The notes: generated from the sequence alone by a model not told the origin. Shown: positions 13,933-23,863, numbered from the stretch's first letter. The stretch: 31,467 bases of DNA from a virus (IMGVR_UViG_3300008003_000032:1-31467), one strand, 5' to 3'. Translations and numbers: made by a program.

Positions 13933-14562
13933 TTATTTATTTTGCGAAACTATTTTATCAATTTTATTTGCTAATTCTTGTAAAATTGGTATTAATTCAA
14001 CCAAATCACCCAAACTTCTTTTGTCATATGCATCAACAATATATACTAACCCCACTATTACATTTTTATATCGTATTGCGCATGTGATTGCGGGCCTTGG
14101 CGGAAGATTTTTAAACATAACATCACTTGCTTCGCTACCAAATTCGCCACCACTACATTCATTTAAATTTCGTATATTAAATGAAAAATTGGTTGTTATT
14201 GGTACCTCAACAAAAATATCAGTAGTACTAGACATTCCTGGCGCAGCTATTTCATATAAAATAGTTAAAAAATAATTACCGTAAACAGTAAGATTTTTCT
14301 TTTTATCATGAAATAAAACCAACCCCACACCATTTGCATTTGTTGAATCTCTGACTTTTTTCAATTCCTTATTAATTTCTTTACTTTTATTAAGATATGG
14401 GGTAAATCCGGTAACAATGGTTGGTTGTGCAGCGGGTAGAGTTAAAAATGTTGTAACTTGGGCTTTAATAATATCGGCCAAGGGAGTAAATCTACTTATG
14501 CCGATCAATACTACGATTCCCAATATAAGTAAAAAAGATTTCAATTTCATAGTCATAATCAT
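13933..14562 (-). CDS. membrane-anchored GAF-like protein (T4 holin T-like), paralog 3
   Basis: N-terminal TM, VLFHD, NECSG..TCAI..IVGLV. Confidence 0.6.
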   Translation of the reverse strand: MIMTMKLKSFLLILGIVVLIGISRFTPLADIIKAQVTTFLTLPAAQPTIVTGFTPYLNKSKEINKELKKVRDSTNANGVGLVLFHDKKKNLTVYGNYFLTILYEIAAPGMSSTTDIFVEVPITTNFSFNIRNLNECSGGEFGSEASDVMFKNLPPRPAITCAIRYKNVIVGLVYIVDAYDKRSLGDLVELIPILQELANKIDKIVSQNK

Positions 14563-14604
14563 CTCGCATAAATAATATGTATTATTTAGTGTAAAGGAGT
14601 TATT

Positions 14605-14769
14605 ATGGCAGAATGTGGGTTTTGCTCAAAAGTTAGAGCCAAAGTTAAGAGCACCGCTAATAATGTGTTGCAAAAAACATTATTTAGTGTTAATTTACGG
14701 AATAAAGGATTACCTGATTATTTTAATAAATCTACTTCGGGCAATAAATCTGGAAAAATAAAAAAATAA
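14605..14769 (+). CDS. small basic protein with CxxC (54 aa)
   Basis: AAGGAG RBS; MAECGFCSKV.. Confidence 0.55.
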   Translation: MAECGFCSKVRAKVKSTANNVLQKTLFSVNLRNKGLPDYFNKSTSGNKSGKIKK

Positions 14770-14828
14770 AACATAAAAACTAAATACACGCAGCAAACAG
14801 CAAGAATGAACGTATTCTGGAGGATTAA

Positions 14829-15539
14829 ATGATCGTTGATGCAGATAACTTTGTAAAAAAATTAAATATGTTTGGACAAACATATATAAGTGAAGAGTTA
14901 AAAACAAGTAAGAACTTCTCTAAAGAAATCATAGAATCTATAGTAGAAGAGGGATCAACTAATTTTTTATTGATAAATGAAAAACTTGAATGTGAATTAC
15001 AGAATTACGATTTAATGGCCGTATATAAAAGCATTTCTTGGTTTAGGCGAGTGTTTAATAGTAAAATTACTTCATCAGATATTAATAAATTTTTCTTAAA
15101 TAAAAAAAATAATTTAGTAAACATTAAAACAGATTTAATTTTACTTTCTAAAAAAATAGAAAAAACTAACTTGTTATTAGATGAAGAACTTGAAATTAAT
15201 AAAGCGCAATTAACGTCTATAGTAGTAAATTTAGCTAAATTATCAAGAGACGGAAAAGAATTAAAGGATTTAGTTTTAGATATAACCAAAGTTGAAGAAA
15301 ATATTGCTCTTGAACTGGGGCTTAAGAAAATAGAACTTTTGGAAAATCTAAATGATGATATAGATACACTAACGGTGGCCAAAACGATTATTAATCAAAA
15401 TATAACATTCATTAATGTCACTAAAAAGAATCTCAAACAATTATCCAAATCAATAAATTTATTGGTTGAGATAACAATACCAAAATGGGATGAATTATTT
15501 GCTCAAGAATTAACTAGAACTAAAATTATAAACGTGTAA
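14829..15539 (+). CDS. coiled-coil protein, possibly TelA/KlaA toxic-anion-resistance-like
   Basis: long heptad helices ending in ITIPKW; GGAGG RBS. Confidence 0.55.
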   Translation: MIVDADNFVKKLNMFGQTYISEELKTSKNFSKEIIESIVEEGSTNFLLINEKLECELQNYDLMAVYKSISWFRRVFNSKITSSDINKFFLNKKNNLVNIKTDLILLSKKIEKTNLLLDEELEINKAQLTSIVVNLAKLSRDGKELKDLVLDITKVEENIALELGLKKIELLENLNDDIDTLTVAKTIINQNITFINVTKKNLKQLSKSINLLVEITIPKWDELFAQELTRTKIINV

Positions 15540-15968
15540 TTATTTTGGTTGAGTAGGCCAAACAACATTATCAGGAAATTCTAATTGATTGGTAATATCT
15601 CTCAATTGTTGCCTGTAACTAGCCCATTTTAATTTGGTTGATTTGGGCACATCAGGGAGTTGTGTCCAATCACTTGTTGTTAATAACATGTTTCTTTGAT
15701 ATTTTATTGATTGAATTTTTTCTTCTTTAATTTCATCTTTAGTTGGGTATTTAAAATTACTTATTTTTCCAGTAATTTTATTTTGTAATATATCTGCAAT
15801 AATGTTGTCACATAATCCGCCGCCATTTTGTCTGGCGCAATATTCAACGCTTTCATATGAATCGGTACCATCAAAATCAATATCAACCATAACAAGAAAA
15901 GCATTTTCTTCTTCGTTTAATTTTTGTACATTTCTTATATTTTTGTATTTCATAATATTCCTTTTCAA
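15540..15968 (-). CDS. tail fibre assembly chaperone
   Basis: RNMLLTTSDWTQLPDVP..WASYRQQLRDIT..WPTQP signature, directly after the fibre gene. Confidence 0.9.
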   Translation of the reverse strand: MKRNIMKYKNIRNVQKLNEEENAFLVMVDIDFDGTDSYESVEYCARQNGGGLCDNIIADILQNKITGKISNFKYPTKDEIKEEKIQSIKYQRNMLLTTSDWTQLPDVPKSTKLKWASYRQQLRDITNQLEFPDNVVWPTQPK

Positions 15969-17881
15969 GCAGTTCTTTGGACCAATACGCCGTGATCGCC
16001 CGAAAAACTAGTAAATCCCCGACAACGCCAAACGCCCGTCAAAATAGCCCCAGTGCCAATTATTGAAAATTTACCAGCAGCCCCCAATCTAAGTGTTACT
16101 TGAACATTTCTGTTAAATGTTATTCCGTTTTTATCACCCGGATCACCCCACATTAATGTTGTTCCAACTGGATATGTTATTTGGTCAGCGGATGTGCCAT
16201 TATAAACTAACGAAGATTCTCGTAAATATCTTGCATCACCTTTTTCTCTGGTAATAACAGTTACGGTATTTACTGCTGCTGTACCTGGTTCATCAATAAC
16301 TCCGGCAGTTGCCCCATTAACAGAAAATGATAAATTTTTACCATTAGCTGATACATTAATGCCAACGACACCACTCGCGCCAGTAAACCTTATGGCGGGC
16401 GCCCCTGCAGATCCGTTATTTTGCACAAATAACCGGTTAACATTAAAATCATTAGTGGTTTTACCGCTCGTTAATGCGTATCTCGCATCGCCTTTTTCTC
16501 TGGTAATAACTGTTGTAGTAGAAGGCGAAGTAGTTCCGGCGGGTTGAATCATAGCGGCTAATACACCACTAACTCCTATTGCAATACCCCTAACTAAGTT
16601 TTGAACACCATCAAAGAATATATGTTTATTTGAAATATTGCCAATCGAAACAGAAGTAAAGCTTACGGATTGATTCAACTGTGCGTATCTCGCATCGCCA
16701 TTTAATTTATTAACAATAGATATATTAGAAGTTAGACTACCGTTTTCTTCCATTTGATACCGTGCTACTGTGTCTTTTGCGAATTGCAACTGCTCGCCAC
16801 TTACACCAGCACCTCTAGAAATTTTCCATGAATTGGCAGAGGTAATTAACGTGACTTGGTTTTGGGCAGCTCCTACTATGGTGATTCCTGACGAAAATGT
16901 ATTAGATGCGCTTAATTGTGCGTATCTTGCATCGCCCTTTTCTCTAGTAATAATAGTTGTGGTAGCAGGAGCGGCAGTCCCAACAGGATGAACTATCCCA
17001 GCCAATACACCACTTACTGCTATTGCTAACCCACGTGTTCCGTTCTGATTGCCGTCCGACAATAAGTGTCTATCGGAAACCAACCCAATTGCCACACTAT
17101 TGAAGTTACCTACGCCATCAACAAGAGTATATCTTGCATCGCCTTTTTCTCTGGTAATAATAGTTCTAGAATTTGGTATTGCGGTTCCGGCGGCATCTAT
17201 TACTGCGGCTTGCAATTGTCTAATTCTAAATTCATGCTGCGATGCTCCCGATGCTACCAATGTAATAAAATAATCATTTGACTGTGTTGTCCCGGTTGAA
17301 TTAACTGTACGTATACCAAATTGATTATTTTCTCTGTAAATATCAGTTCTATAATGTGTTGCGGGAGCGTCTGTATCAATCAACGTTAGTTTTGGATTAG
17401 TCCCGTAATGTATTACCGCATTATTTGATATTCGTAGTGTTTCAATTCCACCAGTAGAAAATCCTACACTATCTGATTCGGGCGAAAATAAACCGGTATC
17501 AATATCACCAAACCAACTGAACGACGGAGTACCGGCTGTATCAGCAAAATTACCATAAATTCTATTAGCTATAACACTTCCGCCAGCAGAAACATCAGTA
17601 AAGTTAACTGTCCCTGCAAATGTTGATGGGCCGGTTACAGTTAATGCAGAAGTAGTAATAGAGTTCTTCACGTCTATTGACCCAGAAACAAAAATATTTC
17701 CGTTAACACTGATCGAAGCAGTGCCTATTCGTAATGCAGATCTAACACCATCGCCATCTGTAAGAAATCTAGGTGTTGATTGCATACCCGTTCCAAAAAC
17801 AGAAGCGGCTGTGGTCCTTGCCGAAAGCCCGACCAAAAATCTGTAACTTTCTCGTATCTGTCTACCACGTAAATCTGCCAT
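15965..17881 (-). CDS. tail fibre protein
   Basis: G/S/T/A-rich, PSFSWFGDIDTGLFSP module, five (I/V)TREKGDARY-type repeats, C-terminal LTGVWRCRG tip motif. Confidence 0.85.
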   Translation of the reverse strand: MADLRGRQIRESYRFLVGLSARTTAASVFGTGMQSTPRFLTDGDGVRSALRIGTASISVNGNIFVSGSIDVKNSITTSALTVTGPSTFAGTVNFTDVSAGGSVIANRIYGNFADTAGTPSFSWFGDIDTGLFSPESDSVGFSTGGIETLRISNNAVIHYGTNPKLTLIDTDAPATHYRTDIYRENNQFGIRTVNSTGTTQSNDYFITLVASGASQHEFRIRQLQAAVIDAAGTAIPNSRTIITREKGDARYTLVDGVGNFNSVAIGLVSDRHLLSDGNQNGTRGLAIAVSGVLAGIVHPVGTAAPATTTIITREKGDARYAQLSASNTFSSGITIVGAAQNQVTLITSANSWKISRGAGVSGEQLQFAKDTVARYQMEENGSLTSNISIVNKLNGDARYAQLNQSVSFTSVSIGNISNKHIFFDGVQNLVRGIAIGVSGVLAAMIQPAGTTSPSTTTVITREKGDARYALTSGKTTNDFNVNRLFVQNNGSAGAPAIRFTGASGVVGINVSANGKNLSFSVNGATAGVIDEPGTAAVNTVTVITREKGDARYLRESSLVYNGTSADQITYPVGTTLMWGDPGDKNGITFNRNVQVTLRLGAAGKFSIIGTGAILTGVWRCRGFTSFSGDHGVLVQRTA

Positions 17882-17914
17882 AAAAAAAATCCTTGTTTAA
17901 TAGTTATTACATAA

Positions 17915-17922
17915 TATTTATA
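17915..17922 (-). promoter_or_regulatory. T4-type late promoter TATAAATA
   Basis: exact motif on - strand ~35 nt upstream of the tail fibre ATG. Confidence 0.6.
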
Positions 17923-17940
17923 CAAATCATAATGATAATA

Positions 17941-18144
17941 TTAATATATAATAAAAACTGCGCCTACGGCGCCGGTATTGGTACCAAGACGCTATCCCGT
18001 TCTGGTGCCTGTATCATCAGTAACAAATTTGGCACTGGTATTAATAGCCGGAGAATTTCCTGTTGCTCTAGAGCTTGTAACTGCTTCTAGACTAAGTAAA
18101 TACTTATAACTTTCTCGAATTTCTCTGCCACGTAAATCTGCCAT
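17941..18144 (-). pseudogene. truncated paralog of the tail fibre N-terminus with in-frame TAG
   Basis: MADLRGREIRESYKYLL..FVTDDTGTRTG*RLGT vs fibre MADLRGRQIRESYRFLV..FLTDGDGVRSALRIGT. Confidence 0.8.
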
Positions 18145-18303
18145 CATTTTTCCTAAAATATTATTGATATATATCTTAATATATAGTATTTATCAAAAAA
18201 TGTTTTTAGTTAAAACACTGGGTAACCAACAAGAACTATTGCAACCTGTAAATATCAATTGTACACGATTAATTATTTTATTATCAGAGAAAGAAAATTA
18301 TTT

Positions 18304-18501
18304 ATGTATGAACTACTTTTTATAGTTTGGAGTATAGTAAATTACTCGTTTTTACTATACACCATTGCAAGAAAATCACCAAAAATACAACGGTACAAAG
18401 CATACCATCCGGTATATATTGGCCTGTTAATATTAATTGGCTTTTTCTCTATACCATTAACCATATTTTTTGTTAAGATGAAAATAATTAATAGTTATTG
18501 A
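18304..18501 (+). CDS. small two-TM membrane protein
   Basis: two hydrophobic stretches; ATG at 18304. Confidence 0.5.
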   Translation: MYELLFIVWSIVNYSFLLYTIARKSPKIQRYKAYHPVYIGLLILIGFFSIPLTIFFVKMKIINSY

Positions 18502-19082
18502 ACCATTAATTTAGCAACATTTTCTTCATCTATATTAATATGTTTGATATCAAATTTTCTAGTTTTGTCTATACTCACTTGATTTTCAAATAATATTAAC
18601 CAAGGTTTGGTTGCAACCGCAGAAATTTGTTCCATCCACCACTCCGATGGTTGAACCGTTAAATGTGCATTTCTGCCATCCGGGAGTGTTTTTTTAGCCA
18701 ACCGTGTTGCTATGCTGACCAATACACATTTATCAGCATAATTATTAAGTTCTTGTAAAATCTCAGGAATATAATCTGTTTCGCAGTGTTCTAAAACATC
18801 AGTGCTGATTAACATATCAAAGTTTTTTGCGGGCTTATTACTAAATTCCGAAACCCCGATATCATATAAATTAACGGTCACTCCCCAATCACTATGAACA
18901 TTATGCGCAGTATATTGAAATCCCTTACCGCAGCCATAATCAATTACCGTTGAACAGCCATATAGATCAATCATATTTTTAATATAATCTTTTACAAAAA
19001 TAGTTTGTTGTCCAGGAAACATTCCTTCGTTACTTTCGTGCATTAATTTGTATTGTTCAACATACTCCGAAGATATAGCCAT
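18495..19082 (-). CDS. class I SAM-dependent methyltransferase
   Basis: IDYGCGKG motif I, FD..ISTDVLEH; AAGGAG RBS. Confidence 0.9.
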   Translation of the reverse strand: MAISSEYVEQYKLMHESNEGMFPGQQTIFVKDYIKNMIDLYGCSTVIDYGCGKGFQYTAHNVHSDWGVTVNLYDIGVSEFSNKPAKNFDMLISTDVLEHCETDYIPEILQELNNYADKCVLVSIATRLAKKTLPDGRNAHLTVQPSEWWMEQISAVATKPWLILFENQVSIDKTRKFDIKHINIDEENVAKLMVQ

Positions 19083-19181
19083 TTATTACTCCTTATTTGA
19101 ATTATTATAATTATAATTACCATATCAAAAAATGTAAATATTTTCTTGATTATTTTAATAAATATATTATTATAATTTTAC

Positions 19182-19258
19182 GCCCTTGTAGCATAGAGGC
19201 TCAATGCAGCGGTATCGTAAACCGAAGATCGTAAGTTCAAATCTTACCAAGGGCACCA
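19182..19258 (+). tRNA. trnT: tRNA-Thr(CGT)
   Basis: GCCCTTG/CAAGGGC + ACCA, CGGT-ATCGTAA-ACCG. Confidence 0.9.
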
Positions 19259-19264
19259 AACATT

Positions 19265-19552
19265 ATGCGATATATTTTCAAATTTAAAGCGTATGCTATT
19301 CAACTAAACACCAATGCGTATATAGAAAAAACGACAATCACTGATTGGCTTGCAGAAAATATACAGGGATATATTTTAGATCATCAAATGATTAATGTAA
19401 TATTTTTCTCCGAAGATGACGCATTTTTATTTCATTTAATCTTTTTCAGCTGTATGCAATCGTTTTATCTACGTGAATTAGAATATAAGCCACAAAATGA
19501 AAAAATGTTAAACATATTAATGTCACATTATCAATCCAGCATCATCAAATAA
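19265..19552 (+). CDS. hypothetical protein (F-x4-DA-x2-F-x-L family)
   Basis: DWLAENI..FFSEDDAFLFHLIF. Confidence 0.65.
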   Translation: MRYIFKFKAYAIQLNTNAYIEKTTITDWLAENIQGYILDHQMINVIFFSEDDAFLFHLIFFSCMQSFYLRELEYKPQNEKMLNILMSHYQSSIIK

Positions 19553-19572
19553 ATATTAAAAAAGGAGATATT

Positions 19573-20379
19573 ATGCGATTAATGGAATTTGATTATGATT
19601 ATCAAACCAAATCCGGTAAACCAATCGAATTTACAATAACAGAAGACGAAGAAGGCGACAATAACCGCGGGTTTCAAGTTGATCGTATTGATGCATATGT
19701 TGACGGCAAACATGCCGGGTACTTAAAACTCAGCTGGATTCCCAATCATAGATTTAACGATTGGTATAAAAGTATTTTTCATTTCATGTCAAACATTCAA
19801 GGTAGTTCAGTAATACCATATAATAACCGAAAAGCTGATATTTCGGAATTATCAAATAAAGACTTAGCACGTATAATCGAATATGTTATGTATCATTCAA
19901 GAATACGTTTTGGTAAGGGAAAACTTGATGTTAGAAAACGGGATTTTATCAATAATCTCATGGACGCTGAAAACTCCTTGAGCGGAACGGTTAAGGCAAG
20001 TGTTGATAGAGCTGATTTAATAACAGCTATTGAAATACTTGAAAAAAAATTATTAGAAAGTACGACTGGAAAGGATTTTAAAGATTTTAAAGATTTTCAC
20101 ATTGATAAACCCAAGGTAGATTATATAAGAGTTTTCGATGCACGATCGCCGGGAATGCATAATAAAAAAGATGACGACAATACGGATTGGTCAAGGCAGG
20201 GAATCGGGACTGCGTTATATATCAAGGGTGCTAAATATTTAAAATCTATGGGACTAAAACTCCACGCCTCTGGGTTGCAAAGCGATGAAGCAAAAGCCGC
20301 ATGGCAAAAATTAGAACGCATGGGTATAGTTGAACCCGGAGAACGTAGAACAATAAATGCTTCTAGAAATAATAATTGA
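19573..20379 (+). CDS. protein with C-terminal GNAT-like acetyltransferase motif
   Basis: RQGIGTALY acetyl-CoA-binding motif; AAGGAG RBS; TAAATA upstream. Confidence 0.65.
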   Translation: MRLMEFDYDYQTKSGKPIEFTITEDEEGDNNRGFQVDRIDAYVDGKHAGYLKLSWIPNHRFNDWYKSIFHFMSNIQGSSVIPYNNRKADISELSNKDLARIIEYVMYHSRIRFGKGKLDVRKRDFINNLMDAENSLSGTVKASVDRADLITAIEILEKKLLESTTGKDFKDFKDFHIDKPKVDYIRVFDARSPGMHNKKDDDNTDWSRQGIGTALYIKGAKYLKSMGLKLHASGLQSDEAKAAWQKLERMGIVEPGERRTINASRNNN

Positions 20380-20427
20380 CGACGGATATATTCTGTTATA
20401 ATATTGTTACATATTGTGGAGGGCTAA

Positions 20428-20682
20428 ATGAATAATAAATGGATTTTAGTTGAAAGTAGTAACATTAATAAAGTATCGTTTGATTTAAAAACACAGGAAT
20501 TACTGATCAATTTCAAACCAGATAATACATATGTATATAAAAATGTTCCATATTATATTTGGGAAGGATTGGTTGGTAATGAAAGCAAGGGTAAATTCTT
20601 CCATTCATTCATAAAAGGCAAGTTTGATTACACCAAATTGGTAGTAGAAAATAAACAGCAGGAACATATAAATGGCAATTGA
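20428..20682 (+). CDS. KTSC domain protein
   Basis: VESSNI..Y.Y.NVP..W..L...ESKGKFF...IKG. Confidence 0.9.
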   Translation: MNNKWILVESSNINKVSFDLKTQELLINFKPDNTYVYKNVPYYIWEGLVGNESKGKFFHSFIKGKFDYTKLVVENKQQEHINGN

Positions 20683-20893
20683 CATAGATCAAGCTAGACG
20701 AGATAAAGCAGAATTACAAAACTTTTTAATCGTAAATAATATTCTATATCATTATATTGGCTTAGGCATAGAAATAGCCGAGTATGTTATTATACTTGGG
20801 TTAGACCAATCTGTTGATTTTTCATTTGTGCCAGATCATATCAATACCACCACTATTAAAAAAGAAGTTTCAAATAAGATAAAAGCATTATGA
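20672..20893 (+). CDS. hypothetical protein
   Basis: 73 aa, coupled to neighbours. Confidence 0.6.
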   Translation: MAIDIDQARRDKAELQNFLIVNNILYHYIGLGIEIAEYVIILGLDQSVDFSFVPDHINTTTIKKEVSNKIKAL

Positions 20894-21156
20894 TACAAAT
20901 AACAGACACGGTTAATAACATGGATATTACAATTTTATGTGATAATCCAAATTCTGACTGTATTTTAACTATAGAATATGTCCCCAATAAAATTGTCTTA
21001 ATAGATAAATCCTTTCCTAATGCTAGAATATTAAGTGCCAATTTGCGTGATACACTGGGGCTGGGACCAGCAAAAGAGTTGTTACAAAAACATAATGTCC
21101 CACAATCAAATCCATTATGGGATTTAAACCATTCGGGCCTATGGATACCAAATTAA
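20890..21156 (+). CDS. hypothetical protein
   Basis: 88 aa, ATGA overlap with previous gene. Confidence 0.6.
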   Translation: MIQITDTVNNMDITILCDNPNSDCILTIEYVPNKIVLIDKSFPNARILSANLRDTLGLGPAKELLQKHNVPQSNPLWDLNHSGLWIPN

Positions 21157-21213
21157 TGGTTGACATAATCTAGATATAGTTTATAACTAAGTAATATATT
21201 CTATAGTTAGGGC

Positions 21214-21672
21214 ATGAAAAAAATGATTCTTGGATCAAAACTTGACATCGTTTCTTTGGGTGATTATGACGTTATCACAAAAGAAGGGTTAAATGCAAGA
21301 GATTGCCATCTATTGCAGGATTGTGATTTCGTTTACGCGGGAAATCATTTAATTTTTGATTTTTGGGGGAGTAACGAGATCTTAAACCAAAAATTGATCA
21401 TTGATAGTTGCGCCGATGCGGTAATTGAAGCCGGGGCCACAATCCTTCACAGACATTTTCATGAATTTGGCGAGGGTATGGGCCTCACGGGGGTTTTGGT
21501 ATTAAGTGAATCACATCTAAGTATCCACACATGGCCAGAAATTAATCTTATGACCTTTGATATCTATATGTGCGGAGATGCAGATCCCGCAAAAGCATTA
21601 AACATCTTGCGGGATCGTATTAGACCAAAGAAAATTACAATGATGAACCTCAAAAGAGGTGCATTTAAATAG
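21214..21672 (+). CDS. speD: S-adenosylmethionine decarboxylase proenzyme
   Basis: LSESHLSIHTWPE pyruvoyl cleavage motif, DIYMCG. Confidence 0.95.
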   Translation: MKKMILGSKLDIVSLGDYDVITKEGLNARDCHLLQDCDFVYAGNHLIFDFWGSNEILNQKLIIDSCADAVIEAGATILHRHFHEFGEGMGLTGVLVLSESHLSIHTWPEINLMTFDIYMCGDADPAKALNILRDRIRPKKITMMNLKRGAFK

Positions 21673-21692
21673 TTATAAATTACGAGGATCAT

Positions 21693-21980
21693 ATGTATAT
21701 TATTCATGTTAATCAACACGTAATTAAATTTAATAGTAAGTATGGAACAAGTTTACCAGCTTATAGAATTCAACATGGTAGATATGATGAAAAACCCAGA
21801 TATGCTAAAAAAGTTATGTGGAATGGAGAAAGTGAAACGGTTTATGATCCAGAAAATCCGCTAAGATGTGGTGCAAAAATTTGGATTGAAACCGCCGTTG
21901 AACCAACATTAATTGGTGAATGTTATTTTTCAGATATTCGAGTAGAGATGGAAAAAATTAAATCCGACTGCACACAATAA
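21693..21980 (+). CDS. conserved phage hypothetical protein
   Basis: IHVNQHVIK..PLRCGAKIWIET; GAGG RBS. Confidence 0.75.
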   Translation: MYIIHVNQHVIKFNSKYGTSLPAYRIQHGRYDEKPRYAKKVMWNGESETVYDPENPLRCGAKIWIETAVEPTLIGECYFSDIRVEMEKIKSDCTQ

Positions 21981-21988
21981 ATATTTAG

Positions 21989-22061
21989 GGTCCCATAGTA
22001 TAACAGGACAAAACCTCCCTCTCCTAAAGGGAAGATGCTGGTTCGAGTCCAGCTAGGACCG
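21989..22061 (+). tRNA. trnR: tRNA-Arg(CCT)
   Basis: TCCCT-CTCCTAA-AGGGA, GGTTCGAGTCC; ends GCAA. Confidence 0.88.
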
Positions 22062-22077
22062 CAAAGAGTATATATCA

Positions 22078-22431
22078 ATGGTAAAACGTATAATATTAAA
22101 TATTTCTGATAAAACTCTTGAAAAAATTTACCAATACATTTTGGCTTCGCAACCATTGCCTGATGGCCTAGTATCAATAAATAGCCATAAATTACGACAT
22201 TCAATAATAATATTTTATAAAAAATATGGCGGAGATAAAACTTATTTTATGCTAGGATTTGAGCAAGAATATGATTTGAAAGAAAAACATATCACACGGC
22301 AACAACTTCAAGAAAATTTTGATCGTTATTGCGACTTAATAGATGAAGGTGAGATTTTTATTATAGATAATGAGTTGTATTTCATTTCCATAGAAGTATT
22401 AAATTCTCTATGCGGATATATGCAGACATAA
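22078..22431 (+). CDS. hypothetical protein
   Basis: 117 aa; C-terminus faintly Phd/YefM-like. Confidence 0.6.
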   Translation: MVKRIILNISDKTLEKIYQYILASQPLPDGLVSINSHKLRHSIIIFYKKYGGDKTYFMLGFEQEYDLKEKHITRQQLQENFDRYCDLIDEGEIFIIDNELYFISIEVLNSLCGYMQT

Positions 22432-22722
22432 GTAATACTTTTATTTTTTGTTCTTTTTCTTACCTTGGCAGTGCGCTTTTTGACTGAATCCTTTGGGGTT
22501 GGTACAATTAATACTTTTTTTGTATTTTTCAGTCCATTTTTCGGCTACAATTTCGTTATATCTCATTATAATGTGCCTTTATTTGATAGGTAAGAGTATA
22601 GTATACATTCATTTTTCTTTATATTATTTATTATTATATAAGAGTAGTCAAATGAAGAGCATATTGACAAATGGTGTGCAATGCAGTAAAGTTTTTTTAA
22701 ATTGATGTAATTGGGTACCCAA

Positions 22723-22992
22723 ATGTATAGATATAAATTTGAACTAACCGAAAAACAAGACAAAATATTGACCGATTGGCTGGCCGAGCAATATAAAGAA
22801 CACATAGAAGAACAACGTAGAACTATGTCAGAAAAAGATTTTGCCATGCTTACTCTTGACGGGCAATATCCATATACAGGCGCCATTGGCGGAGGAATAA
22901 CATACCATTTCACTCCAACTAGTATGGGCGTTATTGCCGTGGTGACATATTCTGATAAAAAAATTGATTTAACAGAATACGATATGTGGTAA
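22723..22992 (+). CDS. conserved phage hypothetical protein
   Basis: GAIGGGITYHFTPTSMG motif. Confidence 0.7.
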   Translation: MYRYKFELTEKQDKILTDWLAEQYKEHIEEQRRTMSEKDFAMLTLDGQYPYTGAIGGGITYHFTPTSMGVIAVVTYSDKKIDLTEYDMW

Positions 22993-22996
22993 TATT

Positions 22997-23293
22997 ATGG
23001 CCATACGTATGGTTTATTTGACTACTTTGGAAATAATCAACAAGGGCGAAATGATAACATGCTTGGGGGATAAATGGGTGTTGCCATTTTATCCCGATGC
23101 CACTATTATTGGAGAAACAATTTTCAAAAAAGGTTGGTTGTGTGAGGAAACTAGATATTATAAGCCGGAAATAAATGAAATTAAATATTACAAATTATCC
23201 AAAGAAGGATTGTTTCAACTCAAACGTGGCAGAAAATGGTGGAATGACCTATCTCTAATAGAAAAAATATTCATTAGATTTAAATTTTGGTAA
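22997..23293 (+). CDS. hypothetical protein
   Basis: 98-aa ORF. Confidence 0.65.
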   Translation: MAIRMVYLTTLEIINKGEMITCLGDKWVLPFYPDATIIGETIFKKGWLCEETRYYKPEINEIKYYKLSKEGLFQLKRGRKWWNDLSLIEKIFIRFKFW

Positions 23294-23323
23294 ATACTAC
23301 ACTTATAAAAACTCGGAGTAGTA

Positions 23324-23860
23324 ATGAAATTTAATGACTTTGATCCGCAGCCCGTTTTTGAAATGGGCAGAAGTGCTTTTGCCAGCAATCAAAATTTGTC
23401 AGCCTGTCCATTCAGAAGTGATAGCTTGGGAGAAGATATTTGGTGTGAGGGCTGGCGATCAGCGTATCTTTCAACTTTGAATGAAAACACCATATTTGAA
23501 GACGAGTTTTATGATGAAGTAGAAGATTTTTATTTACACTGGGGATGGATTCCGGATATAATTAGCGAAGCTGTATACCACGGTAGAAAAGTTCAATTAC
23601 GAAAAGTAATGAAGGGCGATGTTAAACGACATAAAGTGTATGTGAATTGCGGAAATAAAAAAGACAAAGACGGTAATGTTATAGCCAAAAAAATAGAATT
23701 TGGTAGTGAAAAGGGCAGCAAACTAAGAGTAAGAAAAGGTAACGCGGCTAGAAGAAAAAGCTTTGCAGCAAGGCATAATTGCAGCACTGCTAAAGATCCC
23801 TGCACTGCGAGGTATTGGAGTTGCCGCGCGCCGCAATCCAAAAGCGGCGGCGTTTGGTGA
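23324..23860 (+). CDS. two-domain protein: Rmf-like N-terminus plus basic RKSFAARHNC phage domain
   Basis: G..A......CPF......W.EGW motif; KKIEFG..RRKSFAARHNC..ARYWSC; GGAG RBS. Confidence 0.7.
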   Translation: MKFNDFDPQPVFEMGRSAFASNQNLSACPFRSDSLGEDIWCEGWRSAYLSTLNENTIFEDEFYDEVEDFYLHWGWIPDIISEAVYHGRKVQLRKVMKGDVKRHKVYVNCGNKKDKDGNVIAKKIEFGSEKGSKLRVRKGNAARRKSFAARHNCSTAKDPCTARYWSCRAPQSKSGGVW

Positions 23861-23863
23861 TGG

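Noticed and set aside
16359-17281. Plus-strand ORFs with repeated YLASPFSLVI
   Set aside because: Antisense shadow of the TREKGDARY repeats in the tail fibre.
17992-17994. TAG recoding (alternative genetic code)
   Set aside because: A single in-frame TAG in a stub; long genes are intact under code 11, speD ends normally at TAG, and there is no CTA-anticodon tRNA in the window.
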